DNA of 64,000 nucleotides from Candidatus Latescibacterota bacterium (GTDB lineage Bacteria; Latescibacterota; UBA2968; GCA-2709665): NCBI GenBank assembly GCA_965116875.1, contig OZ220733.1, positions 96,001 to 160,000 of the forward strand, read 5' to 3'. Shown piece by piece: positions 48,995 to 56,914 of this stretch (position 1 is its first letter; each line of letters starts with the position of its first letter). The notes under the pieces were generated by a model. It saw only the letters and a program-made list of their open reading frames with translations, ran no database searches and was not told where the DNA came from. The position numbers and the translations under genes were made by a program.

Positions 48995-49470
48995 GTGAAT
49001 CGCTTTCCGTGTTGTGGTTATGTACGCGCATTGCGCCATAATCACGACATGAAACGGCGCCCACGTGTATCTGAGTCCGGGGTGTGGCCGGACGGCCGGT
49101 CTTGTGTTCCTTTCACGGTTTATCGCACGAACCGGAGTTGAACGCCGTCCCCGATGTGGCTGAGTGGCGCGCCCTGCGCTATCATTACGGTTTTTCACCC
49201 TGCTCTATTGAATCGCTGCCCCGCGTGCGGCCGAGCGGCGCGCCCTGCGCCCATATCCCGGTCGATTACCGGCATCACGTGAACCACGGTTCGCGGTGCG
49301 ATTCGGCGACGTGTCTTCCGCTTCAATTTCCCGGTATTTCATCATTATCGCAGGAATCACCGTCCCGGTGCGGCTGAGCGGCGCGCCTGGCGCTCGATTC
49401 TGCCGGCCGATGCCATACCCACGTGTACGACAGTCATGGGTATGGCAGAGCGACGGGCCGTGCGGTTTGA
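48995..49470. repeat. Degenerate tandem array, seven units with a ~71-72-bp period
   Basis: Core GTGYGGCYGAGCGGCGCGCCYTGCGCY begins at 49012, 49082, 49154, 49225, 49296, 49368 and 49440. Each core is preceded by a GTGAATC-like block. Confidence 0.8.
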
Positions 49471-49522
49471 TCCGTGTCAATCCGTTTCGTCGCAGTCATA
49501 CCTGGTCAGGAAAGGCGTTCAG

Positions 49523-51616
49523 ATGAACAGGACATCGATATTGAGTACTGTCATTCTCCTGGCGGCTGCCTTGTTCGTACAAGCCGCCCGTGCACAGGAT
49601 ACCAATCGCTGGAATCTCCCCGACGGGGCCCTGATGCGTTTGGGCAAAGGAGACGTGCGCGACGTGGTCTGGTCGCCGGACGGAACGCGCCTGGCGGCGG
49701 GAGGCAGCGTCGGCATCTGGCTCTACGATGCCGGGACAGGCGAGGAAATCTCGCTGATCACGGGACATTCGCAGACGATCAACGGAATTGCGTTTTCGCC
49801 CGGCGGTCTGACGCTGGCAAGCGGCAGCCGGGACCATACGGTACGGTTGTGGGACGTGGCCACAGGACAGGGAAAAAGCATCCTCACGGGACATACCGGC
49901 GACGTCGAGGCGGTGGCATTCTCACCGGACGGGACGACGTTGGCAAGCGCCGGTGGTGACTCAACGGTGCGGATGTGGGACCTGTCCACCGGGAAGGAAC
50001 AACATACGCTCATGGGACATGTCGGGGAAGTTGGGTCCGTCGTGTTTTCACCCGATGGTCTGTCGCTGGCAAGCGCCGGAAACGACTCCACGGTGCGGGT
50101 GTGGGACGTGGCCACGGGGCAGGAACAACACACGCTTGCCGGACGTGTCGGAGAGGTTTGGTCGTTCATCGGAATGGTCCGGCCGGTCGCGTTTTCACCC
50201 GACGGTCTGACGCTGGCAAGCGCCGGAAGCGACTCCAGGGTTCGGTTGTGGGACCTGGAATCGGGACGGGTAAAAAGCGCACTCGCGGGGCACGGGTCGA
50301 TCGACTATTCGGTGATGTTTTCTCCTGACGGATCGACCCTGGTAAGCACTGGCGGCTATCGGGACCCAACGGTGCGGTTGTGGGACCTGGACACCGGACT
50401 GGAAAAACACGCCCTGACGGGACACGCGATGTTGGTCAGGTCGGTGACGTTTTCGCCGGATGGGAGGACGCTGTCCACCGCCGATTGGGACAATACGGTG
50501 CGGGTATGGGACGTGGAATCGGGGCAGAATCGAAGTACTCTCACGCTTACCCTCACAGGGCATACCCGACAAGTACATTCGGCGGCGTTTTCGTCGGATG
50601 GGCGTCGGCTGGCAAGCGGAAGTTGGGACTGGACGATGCGGCTGTGGGACGTGGCCGCAGGAAAGGAGCAAGGCATCCTTGAAGGCCATGACAGTGTGGT
50701 CAGGTCGGTGGCGTTTTCGCCGGATGGGAGGACGCTGGCAAGCGGCAGTTACGACTGGACGGTCCGGTTGTGGGACGTGGCCACCGGTCACGAGACAAAC
50801 ACGCTTAAAGGACACACCAGTCGAGTCGGGTCGGTGACATTCTCGCCCGATGGTCTGACGCTGGCAAGCGCCGGCAGTGACAATACGGTGCGGTTGTGGG
50901 ACGTGGCCACCGGTCAGGAAAAGCACGTCCTGACGGGACACGCGGCAAGGGTCTATTCGGTGGCGTTTTCGCCGGATGGCAGAACGCTGGCAAGCAGCAG
51001 TCTTGATGAGACGATACGCATGTGGGACGTGACCAGCGGGCGTCAGAAAAACACGCTCGCAGGTCATTCCCGCTGGATCTATTCGCTGGCGTTTTCACCT
51101 GATGGGACGACGCTCGCAGGGCCCGATGGCGATGGTACGGTGCGGCTGTGGGACGTAGCTACGGGACAGCTCATTCGCACCCACACTACATACAAAGAGG
51201 GTTTCTTGTCTGTGGCGTTTTCACCCGACGGGGCAACGCTCGCGACCGGCAGTCTGTTCAGGACCGTATGGTTGTGGGACATGGCCACCGGACGGGAACT
51301 ACGCACCTTCACGGGACATACCGGTCTGATCAGGTCGGTGGTGCTTTCACCGGATGGAACGACGCTTGTAAGCGGCAGTTACGACGGTACGATTCTGGTG
51401 TGGGATGTCGATTCACGAGCCGCGTTGCAACCCCGTGCCGCCGACTTTGACGGTGACGGGGCCGTTGGTTTTTCAGATTTCTTGCAATTCGTAGCGAATT
51501 TCGGACTGAGCTGGGGAGATGAGGGATATGACGCGCGCTTCGATCTGGACGGCGACGGTACCGTCTCGTACAGCGACTGGACGATCTTCAGACGCAACTA
51601 CGGCCTTGGTTCCTGA
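49523..51616 (+). CDS. Secreted WD40-repeat protein 1 (14 repeats) with a C-terminal dockerin/EF-hand-like domain
   Basis: Signal peptide ARA-QD, WNLPDGALMRLGKG cap, GH...FSPDG..LAS...WD repeats, DFDGDG / DLDGDG pair. Confidence 0.95.
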   Translation: MNRTSILSTVILLAAALFVQAARAQDTNRWNLPDGALMRLGKGDVRDVVWSPDGTRLAAGGSVGIWLYDAGTGEEISLITGHSQTINGIAFSPGGLTLASGSRDHTVRLWDVATGQGKSILTGHTGDVEAVAFSPDGTTLASAGGDSTVRMWDLSTGKEQHTLMGHVGEVGSVVFSPDGLSLASAGNDSTVRVWDVATGQEQHTLAGRVGEVWSFIGMVRPVAFSPDGLTLASAGSDSRVRLWDLESGRVKSALAGHGSIDYSVMFSPDGSTLVSTGGYRDPTVRLWDLDTGLEKHALTGHAMLVRSVTFSPDGRTLSTADWDNTVRVWDVESGQNRSTLTLTLTGHTRQVHSAAFSSDGRRLASGSWDWTMRLWDVAAGKEQGILEGHDSVVRSVAFSPDGRTLASGSYDWTVRLWDVATGHETNTLKGHTSRVGSVTFSPDGLTLASAGSDNTVRLWDVATGQEKHVLTGHAARVYSVAFSPDGRTLASSSLDETIRMWDVTSGRQKNTLAGHSRWIYSLAFSPDGTTLAGPDGDGTVRLWDVATGQLIRTHTTYKEGFLSVAFSPDGATLATGSLFRTVWLWDMATGRELRTFTGHTGLIRSVVLSPDGTTLVSGSYDGTILVWDVDSRAALQPRAADFDGDGAVGFSDFLQFVANFGLSWGDEGYDARFDLDGDGTVSYSDWTIFRRNYGLGS

Positions 51617-52003
51617 AGCAAATACACGGTGTCAGAAACAGGTTGCGTCAGGTCCGCATTGGGGCCGGGAGCCGCTTCCATCGGGCGGGTTCAGGCATGG
51701 GAGTTGAATCCTTGATGGACGCGTGCATTGACTTCGCATCATTCTCCCATTCTTCCCGCGTTCAGAAAGGAGGTGGTATCGGAATCCACGTCGCGAAACG
51801 TTGGACCGCGGTATATGTACGTAAGAAGCGATGCCTCGGGGCAAGTGCTGAACTGAAACGTCTCGCGGCTTGAACGTTCGAGCAACGTCCAACGGCTCTC
51901 TCGGCAAGCAGATCACTCGCTCCGGGTTATTACAGGAGTCACATCAGTTACTGTCTCTTCTTGCGGTCTCATCCGAGTTTATCAGAATCAGGGAGGGTAA
52001 ACC
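51617..52003. repeat. Homologous intergenic spacer element of the WD40 array (representative copy)
   Basis: The GAAAGGAGGTGATATTGGAATCCACGTC-like core and its flanks recur near 48750, 51765, 54238, 56640, 56749 and 61292. Confidence 0.8.
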
Positions 52004-54088
52004 ATGAAAAAGGCTACGACTTCGAGTACGATTCTTCTTTTGGCGGCTGTCTTGTTTGCGCAGTTCGCCCACGCACAGGACTATAATCGCTGGAGCTTGC
52101 CCGAAGGCGCCCGCATGCGTCTGGGCAAAGGAAATGTACGCCACGTGGCGTGGTCACCGGACCGCGCACGCCTGGCCACGGGGGGCACCGCCGGCATCTG
52201 GCTCTACGATGCCCGCACGGGGGCGGAGATTTCCCTGATCACCGGACATTCGTTCAGAGTCAATGCGGTTGGATTTTCTCCCGATGGTCTGACACTGGCA
52301 AGCGGCAGTCGGGACCATACGGTGCGGTTGTGGGACGTGGGAACCGGAGAGGAGAAAGGCATCCTCACAGGGCATAAGTACGACGTCGAGGCGGTGGCAT
52401 TCTCGCCGGATGGGACGACCCTGGCAAGCGGCAGTCGCGACGGCACGGTACGAGTGTGGAACGTGGAAACCGGGCAGGAACAACACAGGCTCATCAACGA
52501 AAAGTACACGGATGAGTATAGTAACCCCTGGGTCGTGTCGGTGGCGTTTTCACCCGATGGAGCCACGCTGGCCAGCGCCAGCCGGGACAGTACCGTACGG
52601 GTGTGGGACGTGGCCACAGGGGAGGAAAAGCACACGCTCACGGGACATACACATGGGGTCTCGTCGGTGGCATTTTCGCCGGACGAAATGACTCTGGCCA
52701 GTGGCAGTCGAGACAATACGGTGCGGGTGTGGGACGTGGAAACGGGACAGGAAAAGAGCGCCCTGGAAGGACATACCCATGTGGTGTATGCGGTGGCGTT
52801 TTCGCCAGATGGAGCGACGCTGGCAAGCGGCAGCTGGGACAAGACGGTGAAGTTGTGGGACGTGGCCACGGGGCAGGAGAAAAACACCCTCACGGGACAT
52901 ACCCGTGGGGTCCGTTCGGTTCTGTTTTCTCCGGACGGTCTGACGATGACAAGCGCCGGATGGGACAACACGTTGCGAGAGTGGGACGTGGAAACGGGAC
53001 AGGAAGAAAGCACCGTCACCCTCACCCTCACAGGGCATACACGTGAAGTACATTCGGTGGCATTCTCACCGGATGGGGGTACGCTGGCCAGCGGCAGTTG
53101 GGACAGGACGGTGCGGTTGTGGGACGTGGCCACGGGGATCGAGAAAAGTACCCTCATAGGACATACCAGTTCGGTCAGGTCGGTAGCGTTTGCACCGGAT
53201 GGCAAGACGATTGCAAGCGGCAGTTACGACAGGACGGTGCGGGTGTGGGACGTGGCCACGGGCCAGGAGACAAGCACCCTTACAGGACATACGGGTCGGG
53301 TCGGATCCGTAGCGTTTTCGCCCGATGGCAAAACGATTGCAAGCGCCGACAACGAGGGTACGGTGCGTTTGTGGGATGCAGCTAAAGGGGCGGAGAAAAG
53401 TACCCTCACAGGACATACTGACGTTGTCTATTCGGTGGCGTTTTCGCCCGATGGCAGAACGCTGGCAAGTTCCAGTGGAGACAGCACGGTACGGTTATGG
53501 GACGTGGCCACAGGGCTGGAGAGAAACACCCTTGCAGGACATTCCCGTTGGATCTTTTCGTTGGCGTTTTCCTATGATGGAGCGACGCTTGCAAGCGCCG
53601 ATGGCGATGGTACGGTGCGGTTGTGGAACGCGGCCACAGGCGAGCATATACGCGCCTTCACCAGCGGCGACAATTTCCGGTCGGTGGCGTTTTCGCCCGA
53701 TGGGACCACACTGGCAACCAGCAGTCCCTTCAAGGTCGTGTGGTTGTGGGACGTCGCCACAGGACGGGATATACGCACCCTCACAGGACATACCGACCCG
53801 ATCAATTCGGTGGTGTTTTCGCCGGATGGGACAACGTTGGCAAGTGGCAGTTACGACTGTACAATTCTGCTATGGGATGTCTCGTCACGCGCCGCGCTGC
53901 AGCCCCTTGCCGCTGACTTCGACGGCGACGGGGCCGTGGGCTTTACTGACTTTCTGCAATTCGCCGCAAAGTACGGGCTGAGCTCGGGAGATGCGGGATA
54001 TGACTCTCGCTTTGATCTGAACAACGACGGGGAAATAGGGTACCATGATTGGCCGCTCTTTAGAAGAAGCTTCGGCCGGGGTACTTGA
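52004..54088 (+). CDS. Secreted WD40-repeat protein 2 (14 repeats) with a dockerin-like domain
   Basis: Same architecture. AHA-QD cleavage site, GGAGG RBS. Confidence 0.95.
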   Translation: MKKATTSSTILLLAAVLFAQFAHAQDYNRWSLPEGARMRLGKGNVRHVAWSPDRARLATGGTAGIWLYDARTGAEISLITGHSFRVNAVGFSPDGLTLASGSRDHTVRLWDVGTGEEKGILTGHKYDVEAVAFSPDGTTLASGSRDGTVRVWNVETGQEQHRLINEKYTDEYSNPWVVSVAFSPDGATLASASRDSTVRVWDVATGEEKHTLTGHTHGVSSVAFSPDEMTLASGSRDNTVRVWDVETGQEKSALEGHTHVVYAVAFSPDGATLASGSWDKTVKLWDVATGQEKNTLTGHTRGVRSVLFSPDGLTMTSAGWDNTLREWDVETGQEESTVTLTLTGHTREVHSVAFSPDGGTLASGSWDRTVRLWDVATGIEKSTLIGHTSSVRSVAFAPDGKTIASGSYDRTVRVWDVATGQETSTLTGHTGRVGSVAFSPDGKTIASADNEGTVRLWDAAKGAEKSTLTGHTDVVYSVAFSPDGRTLASSSGDSTVRLWDVATGLERNTLAGHSRWIFSLAFSYDGATLASADGDGTVRLWNAATGEHIRAFTSGDNFRSVAFSPDGTTLATSSPFKVVWLWDVATGRDIRTLTGHTDPINSVVFSPDGTTLASGSYDCTILLWDVSSRAALQPLAADFDGDGAVGFTDFLQFAAKYGLSSGDAGYDSRFDLNNDGEIGYHDWPLFRRSFGRGT

Positions 54089-54403
54089 CGCGGGCAAGTG
54101 GCCTAGGAAACGGGTCGTGTCAGATCTGCATAAGGGCCGGGAGCCACTGCCAACGAGTGGGTTCGTGGCAGGAGAATTAAAGCCTTTACGGACGCCTCCA
54201 TTGACATCGCATCATTCTCCCATTCTTCCCGCGTTCAGAAAGGAGGTGATATTGGATTCCACATCGCTAAATCTCTCGCCTTTGTACGACTACGTGAGAA
54301 TCCAAGGCATTGAAGTCGCCACATCAGTCACAGATTCTCCACGCGGTTTAATTGAAGTCTATCCGAACAAACCCAGTTTGAGATTGTCAGGGAGGATTTA
54401 TAA

Positions 54404-56494
54404 ATGAAAAGGTCACTGGTTTTGAGTCTAGTTCTTATTTCCACGGCTGTCTTGTTTGCACAGTTCGCCCACGCGCAGGACTACAATCGCTGGCGCCTGC
54501 CCGAAGGGGCCCGCATGCGGTTGGGCAAAGGAAACGTGCTTGACGTTGCGTGGTCGCCGGACCGTACTCGCCTGGCCGTCGGAGGCACTGCTGGCATCTG
54601 GGTATACGATGCCAGCACCGGAGAGGAAATCTCTCTGATTACCGGACATTCCTTCAGGGTCAATGCTGTTGCGTTTTCTCCAGACGGTCTGACGCTGGCA
54701 AGTGGCAGCAGGGACGACACGGTGCGGTTGTGGGACGTGGCCACGGGAGAGGAAAAGAGCATCCTCACGGGGCACGGATACGACGTCGAGGCGGTGGCGT
54801 TCTCGCCGGATGGAACGACCCTGGCAAGCGGCAGTCGCGACGGTACGGTGCGGGTGTGGGACGTAGCCACCGGGCAGGAAAAACACACGCTCTTAAACGA
54901 AAGGTACCGGGGGTTGCTAAACAAGCCCTGGGTCTATGCGGTCGCGTTTTCACCCAATGGTCTGACGCTGGCAAGCGCCAACCGGGACACGACGGTGCGG
55001 GTGTGGGACGTGAACACAGGCCAGGAAATACACACGCTCACAGGACATACCCGTCGGGCTACGTCGGTGGCTTTTTCACCGGACGGGTTGGCGCTGGCCA
55101 GTGCAAGCCTGGACAATACCGTGCGGGTGTGGGACGTGGAAACGGGACAGGAAAAGCGCACCCTGGAAGGACATACCCACTATGTGTATTCGGTGGTGTA
55201 CTCTCCCGATGGATCGGAACTGGCAAGCGCCAGTCGGGACAGTACGGTGCGGGTGTGGAACGCGGAAACGGGGCAGGAGAAACACACCCTCACAGGACAT
55301 ACGTCCAGCGTCCGGTCGGTTTCGTATTCGCGGGACGGGATGACGTTGGCAAGCCGCAGTTTCGACAATACGGTCCGGACATGGGACGTGGAAACGGGGC
55401 AGGACAAAAGTACCCTACGCCTTACAGGGCATACACAATCTGTAAACTCGGTGGCGTTCTCGCCGGATGGGACAATGCTGGCAAGCGGCAGTAACGATCG
55501 TACGGTGCGGTTGTGGGACGTGGCCACAGGGCAGCCTATACGCACCTTCGCAGGACATACCCGTGGGGTCGGTCCGGTGGCGTTTTCTCCGGATGGAACG
55601 ACCCTGGCAGGCGGTGGCGGCACTCGGGACGCAACGGTGCGGTTGTGGGACGTGGCCACAGGGCAGGAGAATAACATCCTCACGGGACATACGGCGTCCG
55701 TCGAGTCGGTGGCGTTCTCGCCGGACGGGAAAACGCTGGCAAGCGCAGGCGGTCGGGACGAAACCGTGCGGTTGTGGGACGTGGACACAGGGCAGGAGAA
55801 AAACACCCTCACGGGACATATGAATGGAGTCGGTACGGTAGCGTTTTCGCCGGATGGATCGACGCTGGCAAGCGCTGGTGGAGACAGCACGGTGCGGTTG
55901 TGGAACGCAGCCACCGGGCAGGAGAAAAACTCCCTGACAGTACATACCCGTTGGATCCATGATTTGGCGTTTTCACCCGATGGGGGAACGCTTGCAGGCT
56001 CCGATTCTCGGGGCACGTTGCGGTTGTGGGACGCAGCCACCGGGCACGAGAAAAACTCCGTCACAGTACGCGGCGAGAATTTCTTCTCTGTGTCGTTTTC
56101 GCCGGATGGGACCATGCTGGCAACCAGCAGTCCGTACCGGTCGGTGTGGCTGTGGGACGCGGCCACAGGGCAGAATATTCGTGGCCTCAAAGGACATACG
56201 GATCCGATTTGGTCGGTGGCGTTTTCGCCGGACCGCAGAACGCTGGCAAGCGCCAGTTACGACGGTACGATTCTTCTGTGGGACGTCTCGTCACGAGACG
56301 CGCTACAACCCCTTGCCGCCGACTTCGACGGTGACGGGACCGTGGGCTTTACCGACTTTCTGCAATTCGCCGCCAAATACGGGCTGAGCTGGGGAGACCC
56401 GGGATATGACGCGCGCTTCGATCTGGACGGCGACGGTGAAGTCGGGTCCCGCGATTTGTGGATATTCCAAAAAAGCTTCGGCCGGGGTGGATGA
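54404..56494 (+). CDS. Secreted WD40-repeat protein 3 (14 repeats) with a dockerin-like domain
   Basis: Same architecture. GGAGG RBS. Confidence 0.95.
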   Translation: MKRSLVLSLVLISTAVLFAQFAHAQDYNRWRLPEGARMRLGKGNVLDVAWSPDRTRLAVGGTAGIWVYDASTGEEISLITGHSFRVNAVAFSPDGLTLASGSRDDTVRLWDVATGEEKSILTGHGYDVEAVAFSPDGTTLASGSRDGTVRVWDVATGQEKHTLLNERYRGLLNKPWVYAVAFSPNGLTLASANRDTTVRVWDVNTGQEIHTLTGHTRRATSVAFSPDGLALASASLDNTVRVWDVETGQEKRTLEGHTHYVYSVVYSPDGSELASASRDSTVRVWNAETGQEKHTLTGHTSSVRSVSYSRDGMTLASRSFDNTVRTWDVETGQDKSTLRLTGHTQSVNSVAFSPDGTMLASGSNDRTVRLWDVATGQPIRTFAGHTRGVGPVAFSPDGTTLAGGGGTRDATVRLWDVATGQENNILTGHTASVESVAFSPDGKTLASAGGRDETVRLWDVDTGQEKNTLTGHMNGVGTVAFSPDGSTLASAGGDSTVRLWNAATGQEKNSLTVHTRWIHDLAFSPDGGTLAGSDSRGTLRLWDAATGHEKNSVTVRGENFFSVSFSPDGTMLATSSPYRSVWLWDAATGQNIRGLKGHTDPIWSVAFSPDRRTLASASYDGTILLWDVSSRDALQPLAADFDGDGTVGFTDFLQFAAKYGLSWGDPGYDARFDLDGDGEVGSRDLWIFQKSFGRGG

Positions 56495-56914
56495 GGCGCC
56501 GGGTTCGGGACGATATCGAGCCAAGTCTGCATCAGGGCCGGGAACCCACCCCCGTCAGGCGAGTTCCCGGCATGAAAACTGAAACCTTGGCAGACCTCTG
56601 TTCTGACAATCCATCGATCATCCAATCTGGCACGTCTGGGAAGGGGGTGATTTCGGAACCGACATCGAGAAAAGTCAGGCCGTCGAACGTCTGCTTCAAC
56701 GCGATGATCGCCGTCACAAGGGGTTATGCCGACCACGGATCGCGATCTGAAAGGAGGTGATATTGGAATCCACGTCGCTAAATCTCTCGCTTTTGTACGA
56801 CCAGGTGAGAATCCAAGGCATTGAAGGTGCCACATCAGTCACAGATTCTCCATGCGGCTAAATTGAAATCAATCCGAACAAACCCAGTTCGTGATTATCA
56901 GGGAGGATTCACAA

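Noticed and set aside
48995-49470. Calling the 72-bp array a bona fide CRISPR or TIGR array
   Set aside because: The repeats are too degenerate, the variable parts resemble each other, no 36-nt sub-period is evident and no cas or Nop-domain gene is in the window. Reported as an unexplained repeat instead.
54237-54250. 16S rRNA gene fragment (AGAAAGGAGGTGAT)
   Set aside because: Similarity stops after 14 nt and does not continue into 16S sequence.
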